NCBI RefSeq assembly: GCF_006345805.1
Contig: NC_042997.1
Location: 5,208,001 to 5,272,000, forward strand
DNA from: Octopus sinensis
Taxonomy: Eukaryota
Length of the DNA: 64,000 bases
Reading direction: 5' to 3'
Shown here: in pieces, positions 40,925 through 53,891 of the stretch
Numbering within the stretch: the first letter of the stretch is position 1
Layout: each line of letters starts with the position of its first letter
The notes under the pieces: model-generated
The model's database searches: none
What the model saw: the letters and a program-made list of their open reading frames with translations, nothing else
What the model was told of the DNA's origin: nothing
Position numbers and translations under genes: made by a program

Positions 40925-41329
40925 TGTTGTGTCTGGGGAGAGTCACCTTCTTTTTGTGCTTTATAATTTAACACACTCACCGGTAAAATTTCCACTTATT
41001 TCTTAGTTTTATTTTCCTAAAATGTTCGTTGCATCTTGCAACCTTTTCAATAGTTTTGACTCTGTCCGTTATTCACACTGCGTTTTTTTTCTTTGTTTGT
41101 GCGCATCTGTATGTGTCAGTGTGTGCGCCTATGCATACATGTATGTGCGTATCTATGTATGTATATATAGGTATGTGTGTATGAATACATGTGTGTGTAT
41201 GAATGCTCCTGTTCGGGAAATGGCAATCTACACTCTTTCTCTAAACGCTAAGACATCAACAGACGAACCGAACAAAATCCAAACATCCAATAATGATGTT
41301 TTAAAGAAAAGACATCTGCTGCAATCTGC

Positions 41330-41740
41330 TGGTGATATCTATTTACAGAAAGTAGCTACCTGCAGCTTCAACCAAGGCTTCAAGGCGGCTCCGGAAACTG
41401 GTGTGTGCTTCCTTCACAGTATTTCTGTGAAAATCTTCGAACACTTCTTTAATCTTGACCACCTGCGCGGCCTTGATGTTATATGCAGAGCGGTTAGTAT
41501 CTTTCTCAAACATAACTTGCACATAGTAATCCATTGAATTACATTCGGAAAAATTAGGAAGCGAGAATTTAGTTCTTGTAAATTCGTAAAAATAAAATGA
41601 CAACCACCTCTGACTAATTCCGGTGATAGGGAAAGGAACCAAATGTTACTGCGATACACTGCCTTCAAGCAGCAACCCTCTCCAGCCAGAGATTGACCAC
41701 AGTTACCAGCAGCTTCACGTAACCGTCTGAATTAAGCCTA
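41330..41740 (-). mobile_element. Tc1/mariner-superfamily transposase C-terminal remnant
   Basis: FSECNSMDYYVQVMFEKDTN...KIKEVF...FRSRLEALVEAAGSYF resembles the SPDxNPxDY..W / RxRLExVxxxxGxY terminus. Confidence 0.7.
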
Positions 41741-42012
41741 GGGCTCTGTTCAAATGTACGGTATGGCATGTCGTTGCTGTTCTTTGAGTCACACCGAAAG
41801 ATCACAGTTTGAGGAAACTGGTTTTACCTGATACGTGGTACATCACATTGATTGTAGGCAAGCCACCTGTTGTTCTGTACTTATGCAACTGGCCCTAGAA
41901 GAAGTTATTTTCCTCTAAGAAGAAACACAACAACAACAACAACAACAACAATAATAACAACAACATAAAAAAATACCTTAAGAATGAGAACCCAGGTTCG
42001 AAATTTCCCCAA

Positions 42013-42058
42013 GACACCTGAAGAAGGCTGGAGGGTATATCAGCCGAAACGTTGTGCT
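42013..42058 (+). ncRNA. Penelope-type minimal hammerhead ribozyme motif
   Basis: GACAC-CTGAAGA-A-GGCTG(gagggtatat)CAGCC-GAAAC-GTT-GTGCT: conserved core, 5-bp stem II, palindromic AACGTT stem III, stem I with one mismatch. Confidence 0.6.
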
Positions 42059-42865
42059 AACAACAAAGAAGATGAGAACAAATATCCGTCGAATGTAAAC
42101 CAGGACTGCCATGTTATGTTGGCGAATAATCTTTACTCTAGAGTACTGTTGATCATTATCTCTCGTTGAGAGATTTACAAATAGCAATTTTCTATTTTAA
42201 AACATTCGATGAACTTTGAGCTTCAAACTTTATTATATCATGCAGTTATCTGAGTTCAAGTAAAACATTTTTGAACGTACATGTTCATGTTCTCTTTTAT
42301 ACGTTTCAAACAACTTCCACATATATCTAATCTGCACACATTCTTTTCTCCTCTGTTATTATTTGTTTTACTTTTCTTTCCTTTTCTCCTCCTACTCCTT
42401 ATGTTTCTCTTCTCCTCCCCTTTTCTTTTCCTCCCCTTCTTTTTCTCCCCTTCTTTTTCTTCCCTTTCTTCTTCTTCTAATTAACCTTCCTTTATTATTT
42501 TCTCTGCTACTACTCCTGCCTCCTTCTCCATTACTATAATTTACTGCATTTTCCTCTTCCTCATGTTCTTTGTTTTTCATCTACTTCTTCCTCCATTTCA
42601 TCGTGTTTTTTTTTTCTTTTCAGTTGCGTATATATCTCATTCGTTACTGCTTGTTTGTTGCTTCGCCATTTATTGTAGAATATAATACACATCAACTAAA
42701 AAATTTATCGGTTTCGTCTTGAAGATGTGTACTTCTCTGCAATTATCCTTTCGCGTATTCATTTCCGATTTGTTCATTCTTGTCGCGTAATCGCATGTAT
42801 TGTACTTTTCACGGCAAAGATGCATGCTTATATGTCATAATCAAATGTTCACATATATAATATAT

Positions 42866-44568
42866 ATTGCTAAAGGATGTCCCCTGCTAGGATCCACCGC
42901 GGACTACTGTTCAGCCCACATCAGGTTCTACGTGAGGATGACAGCACACTTGCTAGACACCAAGACCCACACGAGCCAGCACGTCATCCTGGCCGGCTCT
43001 CAGTTTAGAGGATATCACACTTCTGATGTTCTCGCCCAGGTCATGGTGGACACACATTACATATTCCATCTGCAAGACAAGGTGACCAAGACCCCAACGG
43101 ACAACGGCAAACAATTTCTTGGGGCATTTATGCAGTTTGGTAGAGAAGTTGAAATCTTGCCAGACATTCCTGAGACTTCTGCTGACCCGAATGTGGAAGG
43201 CGTCGCGGATGTGGACCTCGATGAGGATCCCGAGGCTGGAGATGTTGATGAAGTTGAGTACATCACTATTGAGGCCGTCCTTGACGAGTCCAGCTGTCAG
43301 TGCACATGAGTGCGAAGCCCTGAACTTCATCTTGGTAGCCAGCGTGGATGCCGACAAGGCTCTTGACAGCGCTTCGTTCAAGTTGGCCTACAAGAAGGCA
43401 ATGTCCAAATCACAATGTCTAAATCAATGTGGAGGACAGCAATGAGGATGAGGAAGATGATTTCTTCAGCAACATTACTCCGTTCCGGGAGAGGAGAAGC
43501 TACAGGTCACTGAGGTCCAAGGCGTTAAAATTGGTGAATACCTGATTGGAGGCCGTAACGAAAAAGGTCCTGACTGAAGTCGTCTTGTTGGGTGAGCAAG
43601 ACTTATTCGACCTGTTCACCAAGTACGCCGCCATCCCATCCAGTGCGTTCATGCTCAACAAAGATATTTTGAGGGTCAAGAGAGTCACCCTATCAGATGG
43701 TAATTTTGAAAGGCAGATGTTTATGAAGGGGAACCAGAATCCCGTCATCATTTGATCTTTGTATGATACCTATGTTATATTATGTGGAGGCGCAATGGCC
43801 CAGTGGTTAGGGCAGCGGACTCGCGGTCATAGGATTGCGGTTTCGATTCCCAGACCGGGCGTTGTGAGTGTTTATTGAGCGAAAACACCTAAAGCTCCAC
43901 GAGGCTCCGGCAGGGGATGGTGGTGATCCCTGCTGTACTCTTTCACCACAACTTTCTCTCGCTCTTACTTCCTGTTTATGTTGTACCTGTATTTCAAGGG
44001 GCCGGCCTTGTCACTCTCTGTGTCACGCTGAATATCCCCAAGAACTACGTTAAGGGTACACGCGTCTGTGGAGTGCTCAGCCACTTACACGTTAATTTCA
44101 CGAGCAGGCTGTTCTGTTGATTCGGATCAACCGGAACCCTCGTTGTCGTAACCGACGGAGTGCTTCCTTGTTATATTATAACTTTTTAATAAGTTTCATA
44201 CAGTAAATAAAGTGTATGTTGACTGAAAATCAAACGTTTAATTTCATTTGCTCATTTGATTATCTGCATGAACCTTCATCATCATCTGAACTTGGTATGC
44301 TATACTTTTTTTGAAAGCTCTGTGTCTAAGCTACAATTCGAAATTTTCTGCTATCTAAGTTTGTTTTTAAGGGTTGTAGAGCCAAAAATCCAAACCGAAG
44401 CTAAATTCATGTGATAAAATTAGCGGTTATCAGTTAGTGTAAGTTTTCGCTATGGGTTTCTTTTATCTTTTTGCCTGTTTAGGGATTATGCGTTTGCGAA
44501 GATAATCTTTCAGTTAGCGGATTAGCAGTTAGTGATGCTAACTGATTGGTTAGCTGAGCCCACCACTG
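42866..44568 (+). mobile_element. Tol2/Ac-like hAT transposon remnant, 5'-truncated and internally deleted, retaining its 3' terminus
   Basis: STADYCSAH..MTAH, KVTKTPTDNGKQF..AF..FG, LVASVDADKAL and KR..LSDGNFE. Ends ...GCCCACCACTG (reverse complement CAGTGGTGGGC) with subterminal GTTAGC/GCTAAC repeats. Confidence 0.85.
43784..44168 (+). mobile_element. Complete tRNA-derived SINE (family C) nested in the hAT, with 11-bp TSD
   Basis: A-box TGGCCCAGTGG and B-box GGTTTCGATTCC; TGTTATATTAT at 43773-43783 and 44169-44179. Confidence 0.9.
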
Positions 44569-44606
44569 TGCGTGTGAATGTGTGTGTATGTGTATGTGTG
44601 TGTATA

Positions 44607-44988
44607 GTGGAGGCGCAATGGCCCAATGGTTAGGGCAGCGGACTCATGGTAGTGGTATGGTGGTTTCGATTCTCAGACCGGGTGTTATGAGTGTATGTTG
44701 AGCGAAAAAACCTAAAGCTCCACAAAGCTCCGATAGCGGAATGGTGGCGAGCCATGCTGTACTCTTTCAGCACAACTTTTTCTCACTCCTTCTTCTTGTT
44801 TCTATTGTACCCGTATTACAAAGGGCCAGTCTTGTCATACCATGTGTCACGCTGAATCTCTCCGAGAACTACGTTAAGGTTATATGCTTCAGTGGAGTGG
44901 TCAGACACTTACACGTTAATTTCACGAGCAGGCTGTTCCGTTGATTGGATCAACTGGAACTCTTGTCGTTATAACCGAAGGAATGCTA
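44607..44988 (+). mobile_element. Second, more diverged family C SINE
   Basis: Colinear with 43784-44168 over its full length. Confidence 0.88.
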
Positions 44989-45076
44989 CGATGTATATAT
45001 ATATATATATATATCTGTGTGTGCGTATACACACACGCACACACATATATATACATACATATATATATATATATAA

Positions 45077-45160
<84 letters not shown>

Positions 45161-45679
45161 TATATACACATATATATATGTATTTATATACATAAGTACA
45201 TGCATATATTTAAATACGCCCAATCATGCATTTATGTATAATGTATGCAGGCAGACAAACTACAAAGTGTTTTAATCTAACATAACTTAGAAATGTTTAT
45301 TTTGAAATGTTTTTATAAGCAATCATTTAATTAGTCAGAGCATCAATTACATGATGGGCCACCACACCCCAATCCATTTCTTTAGAGAGGAAATGTTATA
45401 GTTTGCAGCAGAACATACTGCAAACAACACGGAAAAATATTGCTGCAAATAACAAACATATCAGATTACCTCCCATGGTATATTACATCCTTACCGAATT
45501 CATTGTTTTTAGAGGTCATGTTTAAAAGTATGTTAGTCTGTGAGAATATAACTTGGGGAATGTAATTTTTCTGTTGCAGCTTTATTTGTTTGGTTGTCAG
45601 CAACAGAGATGTGTGTAAAGCAAATATAAGAAGAACTGAGGGAATGTCGAGTGGATGACAATTAACAGTGAGTAGAATA

Positions 45680-46974
45680 TACGAGGGGCGTTCAATAAGT
45701 AATGCCTCTGACCCACTTGCCGTTGATTGATCTAGCTGAAACTTTGCATGTGCAATTATTTATATTTCTATAGATTACGTGGCAAATTACAGCTCCGAAC
45801 TAATTGTGGTGTCTGATTTACAGGTGTTTAAAATGAGTCAAGTGGGAAATGGAGCCTGTTGAGTGTCCAGCAGTGATCCGGTTTTTGTATTTGAAATGAC
45901 GCACACCACAGGGGACTTTTGATGAAATGAAAGTAACTTATGGTGATGATGCCCCATCATATGATCTTGTAAAACGCTGGCATCTTGAATTCAAACATGG
46001 TCGGAACTCTGTGGAAACTGCTTCCAGATCTGGTCGCACCTCTTCTGCCATTGATGAGGCATCTGTCCGTCAAGTTGAGGCTGCCATTTTGAATGATCGA
46101 CGCATAACTATTCGCCAAATAGCCCATGAGGTCAAGATTAGTACTGGGTCTGTGGAAACTATCATTCATGACCATTTGCATATGCAAAAGGTGTCTGCCA
46201 GATAGATTCCCAGGTTGCTCACACTTTTCCAGAAGCAAGAACGCGTCGAGTGCTCGAGGATGAATTTAGGGATGTGCCAAGAAGATGAGTCAAAATTTTT
46301 CAAAAGACTGATTACACAGGATGAGACCTGGGTCCATCACTATGTTCCAGAGACCAAAGCCCAGTCAATGCAGTGGAAGCACCATGACTCACCTCCTCCA
46401 AAGAAGGCAAGGGTGCAGCCCTCCGCTGGCAAGGTCATGCTTACAGTCTTCTGGGACCAGGACGGACTAGTGATGACAGATTTCCTGGCAAAGGGTACCG
46501 CAATTACAGGAGCCTATCATGCTTCACCTTTGAGGAAATTAAGAGAAGCTATCAAAATCAAGAGGCGGGCAAGATCAGCAAAGGCATCCTCCTCTTGCAG
46601 GACAACGCTCCGGTCCACAACTCGCGTGTCGCCAGATCAGAAGCACAGGCGTGCGGCTATGAACTATTCCCCCATCCCCCTACTCTCCTGACCTTTCATC
46701 CTCTGATTTTCACCTCTTCCCGACCATGAAGTTGTTTTTGAAAGGAAAGCGTTTCCCAGATGATGCAGCCTTGATTTCTGAAGTCACGTCGTGGTTGGAG
46801 GACCAAGCTCGGGTCTTCTACGAAAACGGTCTCCAGAGCTGCATAAAACGATGCGAGAAACGCGTAACTCTGGGTTGTTCCTATGAAGAAAAAGACTAAT
46901 AACTGTGCCAAGTTTCGTTGCTCTACTGCTATGGGAAGTGGATCAGGGGCATTACTTATTGAACGCCCCTCGTA
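45680..46974 (+). mobile_element. Full-length mariner (DD34D-type) with disrupted transposase (ATG 45849, stop ~46899)
   Basis: 39-bp TIRs TACGAGGGGCGTTCAATAAGTAATGCC.CTGA.CCACTT with 2 mismatches and TA flanks. Motifs R*IPRLL, QDETWVHHY, QDNAPVH and YSPDLSSSDF; stops and frameshifts present. Confidence 0.95.
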
Positions 46975-47761
46975 TAAGTTAATTATTTGCTTCACTTTCA
47001 TTTCGAGCAATATCAGGTTTACTCTGGTTAAAGTGAATTCAATTAAATGAAATTTAAACTAAATTATGTTCGACTCAATAATTAAGGATTAGATTAAAAA
47101 CTAAGATTAAGTTAGGAAAAGGGAAATTAGCATATTCCACAGTTAGTAAATTATGAAGGAAAAAGAATTCCTAATAACACATCGCAGGTATTAATTTTAT
47201 TTACTTATATACAGGTTATTTATTCATGTGGAATTCTTGTGAGGAAATTTTAGGAATGTTTTGCTTAAGAACGAGAATAGCAATTTAATTGTGCGTTACG
47301 TTTGTTAATTAGGTTCCATTTACAACTAAATAATTCGAGCGCCTCAACCAAGCACTAATTACAACTGCTACAGGCCCCTCAGAAAAGAAGAGCACTATTT
47401 ATATTTGATTGCGAAAGTGATAAAACAATATTCCTCTGTTGGATATTCCATCGTTTTCCATGTTCTCTGATGTAACTGGTCAGCGATGTGCAGTTATCTT
47501 GTTTTATTTATAAGAGTGAATGGTATAATGTAATAATGTCCTTCAACATTTAGGTGAAGAGTCCATATAACAAAAGACAATCTCAAGTGTTCTGATCAAA
47601 CACTAGACATTTGTTATCTAAGAAGAATGCTACTGTTTCACATTCTCTTAAACATGTCATAAAAGGCCTTACTTATTCTGTTAGTGCTATTGTTCTTACA
47701 CAGGGAATTCTTAGATATTATCCTCACCGTCATCTGCACATGATAGACGTGTTCCACTAAA

Positions 47762-48300
47762 TATGGCCCAATATTGGAGTACGGGATTCAAGCCTCTTCT
47801 CCTTATCTCCTCAAAGACATACAGCATCTCGAAAGAGTCCAGAAGCTGGCTACCCGCATGGTTCATGGTCTCAAAAATTTGTCCTATGAAGAAAGGCTGA
47901 GGACGCTCGACCTTTATTCTCTTGAAAAATGCCGCCACCGTGGTGATCTCATTCTCGCCCACAACATCATAAGCGGAAAGTGTAACCTCTCGAAAGAGCT
48001 GTTCTTCACTCCTGCTCCAGAGCGTCGGCTGCGGGGTCATTCCGAAAAGCTCCACCTGCGACGATTTCATCTCAATCGAAGGAGAGGAGCTTTCTCCATC
48101 CGGGTTGCGGATCCGTGGAACAAGCTGCCAGACGAGATGGTGAAGATGCCGACGACCGCTTTGTTCAAAGCCTCCCTTGACCTCAAGTGGCCTGAACTCT
48201 TTACATGAACACCACCCTGTACTTAACTCCATGTCCCCCTACATGGCCTTGCTACTTGCTTTTGAGCCAAATTAACTAACTAACTAACTAACAAACTAAC
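47762..48300 (+). mobile_element. CR1/L2-group LINE 3' fragment with (CTAA)n tail
   Basis: LEYG...LERVQKLATRMV.GLK.LSYEERL..LDLYSLE..R.RGDLI...RLRGH..KL...WNKLP; short 3' UTR then (CTAA)n. Confidence 0.88.
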
Positions 48301-48604
48301 GTTGTGCATGAAGACATGAGGGTGCATTCATGCTGAATATATTCAGTTTTCTAACTCTTAATAGCCACAATAGTAACCGCTAAATTATATGTCTAGTTGA
48401 ATTTCCAAACTTCTAACTATGTCCATTGAATATTTTATTATATCTGCTAGAAGGCGGGAAATGTCTGTCTAACGCCTTAAAGAACATTACTGAGATCTCT
48501 GTCATTAGACGAAATCCGGGCAGAATAGTATTTCTATTACTCACACTATTTCATCTAAAATTGGTGCCATACTTAATGTTTGCGCAGTACGTATTGAAGT
48601 ATAG

Positions 48605-48830
48605 TGAAGGTGCGTGGCCTAGTGGTTAGACTGTTGCAGTTTCGATCAGTAGATGGTGGGTTCGTTTCCCGGACCGAGCGGTGCATTGTGTTCTTGAGCA
48701 AAACACGACATTTCACACTGCCCTGCTGGTGAGAGTGTGGAAGAATTGTTGGGGTTGTTGGAATAAATGATTTAAGGTATATCCTCCGGCTCTTTACATT
48801 CTGAGTCCAAATCTCGCTGCCAGGTGAAGG
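48605..48830 (+). mobile_element. Degenerate tRNA-derived SINE (family D head)
   Basis: TGAAGGTGCGTGGCCTAGTGGTTAG (A-box), GGTTCGTTTCCC (B-box), TGTGTTCTTGAGCAAAACAC. Confidence 0.65.
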
Positions 48831-48870
48831 CACGAGGAAGCATTCAAGTATACATCTCAACTCTACTTAC

Positions 48871-48970
48871 TGTAGTCGACCTTCCTGTAATCTACTGAAC
48901 GGTGGCATGGAAGGATACGGACCTCTTATGTCGTATAGAGAGTGCTGGATAAGGTTCACAGGCGCAGGAC
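48871..48970 (-). CDS. Candidate 100-nt internal exon of unidentified host gene (GPAPVNLIQHSLYDIRGPYPSMPPFSRLQEGRL), phase 1 to 2
   Basis: Strong acceptor TCTGTCCTTTGCAG and donor ACA|GTAAGT; GC-richer than its flanks; only one frame open; no match to repeats seen in this window. Confidence 0.58.
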
Positions 48971-50933
48971 CTGCAAAGGACAGACCAGCAATAAACTAGA
49001 CAGTGAACCTGAATTTGCATTCCCTAAGTACTGATAGTACTATATATTAGCTCACTCATGGTTGTACGAAATATTGTGGTTTCAGTCCTTAGTGCTATGC
49101 TTTCTCTTATTACATGTATCTGTTTATTGACCAATCGGTACATTATCACGTGAAACATTAGATTTATTTAGATTATTTATCTTTTAGATTGGATATAATT
49201 TACATTAACTGCTTTCACTTTATTTTTCTTCCCATTAACCAGATAACTAGCAATCCTATTCTTTTGTCAATAGTTAACAAGATTCACTTGACTGTGATAT
49301 ATAATTATACATACAGGTTATTGTATGATGCAGAAACAGTTCCCTTAGCAAATTCAAAACCTTCGTAAGTGAATAAAGTTGTGTAAGAACTTTATTTTTC
49401 TTTCGTTGTCTGATCGATGATTTATTTGGAGAATAATATACCAACGAATGAATTAGTGAGTTGCCTCGGATGTAGAGTTTGTACCTTTTACTCGGTTTGT
49501 TTAATCTCTAAGTCAGGTTAACTCATGGAGTACTAACTGACGTATTTGCCAGAATTTCTTCTATCCCTTCGTTCTTTCACTATATATATATATATATATA
49601 TGTAGATATATATATATATATATATATAGGTATGTATGTATGCATCTATACACACACACATATATATATATATATACACACGCGCATACGCGCACACACA
49701 CATATACTGTTCGATATATCGATAAAGATATATTCAGTAATAGATACTAATATTAGTTTATATATGTTTTATAACTTGTATAATAGTAATTATTTGGTAA
49801 GTCATGAAATAAATATTAATATCTCACTGATCAAGGAGTTTTAATTTTTCGAACAAATTGTTTATGCGTTGCATTTTGCTTTCATTGCACCAAATAAATA
49901 TATTTCTTTTTTATCATCACACTTACCTACTCTCTCTGTCTATCTGATTTATCTATCTTATGCAAGATTTCTAATCGGGTTTATCCTGTGCATATAAATA
50001 TTTGTGTCTTTGGGTATCTGGTTAAGCTTTGGTGTGTATAAGTGCGCATGTCTCTTTTATATAAACTAATAATGTGGATAATGACGTATTTCAATGTTGG
50101 CTTCCCAATCTTCAGTCTTACTAATTTTATCTTTTTTCCTTTCTGCTACACAGACTCTGTTTCACTACGTCTGCACTGAAAAAAAATGGGCTACAAGTTT
50201 GCTCCTCTATGTAGATTGTTGACTTATCGCGTTTGTATTTATTAAATTCCTAATTTATAAAAGAATTTTTCTTTGAAATTTATCCGTTACTGCAAATATT
50301 TATAACTATAAACATTTATGAATACACTGTGATCTGTTTTAGTCTCAGTTATTTAATTTAATTATGCCCGTATTTTATGTAAATAATTTTATCATCGGTC
50401 AATCGTATAAAACTGACACCATTAATTTTAAGAACACCATTAATTAAGCAGTGCCCAATACGTTTCCTTTATTTACTTGATGAGCTATCAAATACTTACT
50501 ATTTAATTATTCGCAAGCAATTATAAACCACTATCTTTCTTCAAAATTCCCTTCTGTCTGACAACCAGTTAAGTAAAACTCCGAGTAAGAGAGTGAGCAG
50601 TTATTTAGCTTCACTAAACCATTTCGAAACTAAATCGTTTCGAAGGTAACGATAAGATGCGACTTCCTTGAAACATTCCTTCCCGCTAAGCAAATTAAAT
50701 AAAATTTTGGATTTTTTACGGAGAGTGAAAGTGGTAACAAGAACAGGACAGTGAGAACAAAACGGTAAAAACAAACGGTGAGGGATGCGGAGCCAAGAAG
50801 ATAGAAAAATTATTATGAACGTTAGGAAGACGAGCTTATGAAGGAAACAGTATAAGGACGTTGTTTTCTTTACGGAGGTAGTGGTCAGAAAGATAATACA
50901 CTATATATATACTGCATATATATATATATGTAT

Positions 50934-51020
<87 letters not shown>

Positions 51021-51024
51021 ATAT

Positions 51025-51059
<35 letters not shown>

Positions 51060-51061
<2 letters not shown>

Positions 51062-51652
51062 GCACAAACATATATATACACACACAAACACACATATACA
51101 CGCACACATATGTATGATTAAATATATGTGTGCACGGCGTATTTGTGTGGAAGTCTAGTTATAGACTCGACATACCAGTGGAACTAAAGATCCAAGTCGG
51201 TGTTATCTTACACTATATAAAAATAGATGCGTCTCATTTCAGATATTCATATGCCACACATATCTTCCCCTCCATTTTTCCTATTACTTCCCAGTTTCTT
51301 TTGTTTTTATATTCCCTCACTATTTCTAAATCTTTTAACCTGTGTCCCTTTTAATTTACGCCCTTAGTATAACCCATGATTGAAATTATACAATGATACA
51401 TTAATTGTTTTGCAAATTGGATGCTCCACTTCTATGGAATTTACTTTCATATGGTATCCCTTTATCTTCTATCACATCTAAAAAATAAGAGATATCCTAT
51501 AACAATATTTGTAATAAATTGTAATCATTGAAGTAAAACAAGATTCGTTTGAAAATTTTGCATGAAGTATAGCGGTTCTGCATCATTCTGAATTTCTTTT
51601 AATAGAGTACATCATATGCATATGAAAGCGCATGTGTATGATGTGTATAATC

Positions 51653-51739
<87 letters not shown>

Positions 51740-52350
51740 TATATATATATGTGCACAAACATATATATACACACACAAACACACATATACACGCACACAT
51801 ATGTATGATTAAATATATGTGTGCACGGCGTATTTGTGTGGAAGTCTAGTTATAGACTCGACATACCAGTGGAACTAAAGATCCAAGTCGGTGTTATCTT
51901 ACACTATATAAAAATAGATGCGTCTCATTTCAGATATTCATATGCCACACATATCTTCCCCTCCATTTTTCCTATTACTTCCCAGTTTCTTTTGTTTTTA
52001 TATTCCTTCACTATTTCTAAATCTTTTAACCTGTGTCCCTTTTAATTTACGCCCTTAGTATAACCCATGATTGAAATTATACAATGATACATTATTGTTT
52101 TGCAAATTGGATGCTCCACTTCTATGGAATTTACTTTCATATGGTATCCCTTTATCTTCTATCACATCTGAAAAATAAGAGATATCCTATAACAATATTT
52201 GTAATAAATTGTAATCATTGAAGTAAAACAAGATTCGTTTGAAAATTTTGCATGAAGTATAGCGGTTCTGCATCATTCTGAATTTCTTTTAATAGAGTAC
52301 ATCATATGCATATGAAAGCGCATGTGTATGATGTGTATAATCATACATAC
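51060..52350. repeat. Tandem duplication, period ~691 bp, each unit bounded by (TA)n tracts
   Basis: GTGCACAAAC at 51060 and 51751; supplied ORFs repeat with a 690-691 offset; about three differences seen by eye. Confidence 0.95.
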
Positions 52351-52358
52351 ATATATAT

Positions 52359-52437
<79 letters not shown>

Positions 52438-52949
52438 ATATATATTGTGTATATTATTAAGAATGTACACTCTCTGCCTTACGTTCATCCATATACTAGT
52501 TAAACAGTGGAACAGCTATTCTGACATACGGTTCTGTTCAACCAGTCTCGCACCCTTTCTGTCTCTCATTCTCTGCCTCTCTCCTTGCTTATACACACAC
52601 ACAGACAGACACACACACATATACACACACATACACACACTGAGTTTATAGAAATCTATAATCAAGTTTACATTGTTCTAAAAGTGTTTCAGTTCATATT
52701 TCGTCCTTACACATTGAGAAGTATGTCTGCCGAGAAGCAACAATAATTCACTTATTTGTAATTTCTTCCCCTCTTCCTCTCCGTTTTTATTTTGTAATCG
52801 TATGTAATTTATTTTTGCGATTACCACAATCGATCAGAATGTTGCTTTCGACTGTATCTCCGGGTGGAATAGATCCTAATTGTTTAGCTCTCAGCATTCT
52901 AACTTATCGATGGAATCTGGTAATATCTAATAATATAATAACTAGAATC

Positions 52950-53560
52950 GGGGCAATAGAACTTTTGTTGTGATTGCTCAGTGTGACTATTATTATTTAT
53001 TTATTGTTGATGGTCTCCTAAATATTATGTTCATTGTACTTTTTTTCTGTCGTTTTATACATTTACACTGCTGCCTTTAGAAGAACTGTTTTTGAAGTTG
53101 CTATATCAGTAGCGGATGTTGTTATTGAACGTTTGTTGCTAATATCGTTTATTATGCATTTTCTTTGATATTTCTTTCATGTGGCAGTTTGCTGTTGTTC
53201 TGCTTGCTCCAAATCTCTTGTTTCATGTCAACAAAGCACTTACTATTGTTTATAATTTTGCTGCTGGTATACTAATGGGATCTGACTAAATTGCTCTAGT
53301 TTCTAACTGAATATCTGCCAATATCTATGAAGAGGTGGGTGGGCGGGTGGAATATTGATAGTCCATAGAGTAGGAGGAATAACATAACTTCCGTTATTAC
53401 GAGCTTTTAAGTTATGGTTTCAAATCTCGACAAATTTGATTTGAGCATCCATTTCTTAGGCTTCGGGGAAAAAGGAATGAGGCTTAAGGCCTTCGAAACG
53501 GAATTCATGATCACAAGTTGCGGAATGGATTGTCGAACAGGAAGAGGCGCTGTGTCAGTG
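52950..53560 (-). mobile_element. Possible highly decayed Penelope RT-thumb/linker remnant
   Basis: Fragmentary peptides FHPP...IDIGR and CHMKEISKKMHNK resemble the PLE linker (FNPP..NIG, SCM.NI..II..HN); many stops. Confidence 0.3.
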
Positions 53561-53891
53561 GTTGAGGCATTGCTCAACACTGTACTACAATACCTCAGAT
53601 GTTTGTATCGAACACTTCATCTGCCACTTGGAAATACATCGTGATGTATTTTGTGCTGCATAAATGTACGTGTGTGTGTATGTGTTTGTGTAGTGAGCCT
53701 GTGCAGTGTATGCACGCGTACGAGGCCATTATACATCCTTATCCGTGAATTTTTTTTTTAATTATGTACTCCTTGTATTGATTGTTCGTTCCTTTTTTGC
53801 ATCCATTATTGTATTAATGATCTATGTAAATGAAGATATAGTCTTTAATTTGCTGCTTTTCTTTACACAAAATGAGAAGATATTTTGCAAA

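Noticed and set aside
41829-41895. Possible 67-nt minus-strand exon (GQLHKYRTTGGLPTINVMYHVS)
   Set aside because: Moderate donor, lies among TE fragments, and no credible phase partner.
43784-43860. tRNA-like sequences at SINE heads
   Set aside because: They run directly into SINE bodies and lack a proper acceptor stem, so they are not called as tRNA genes.
45580-45667. Plus-strand segment with strong acceptor (TTTTTCTGTTGCAG) and donor (GTGAGT); a similar lone donor lies near 33500
   Set aside because: Stops in all three frames. It could be a non-coding exon but cannot be supported without RNA data.
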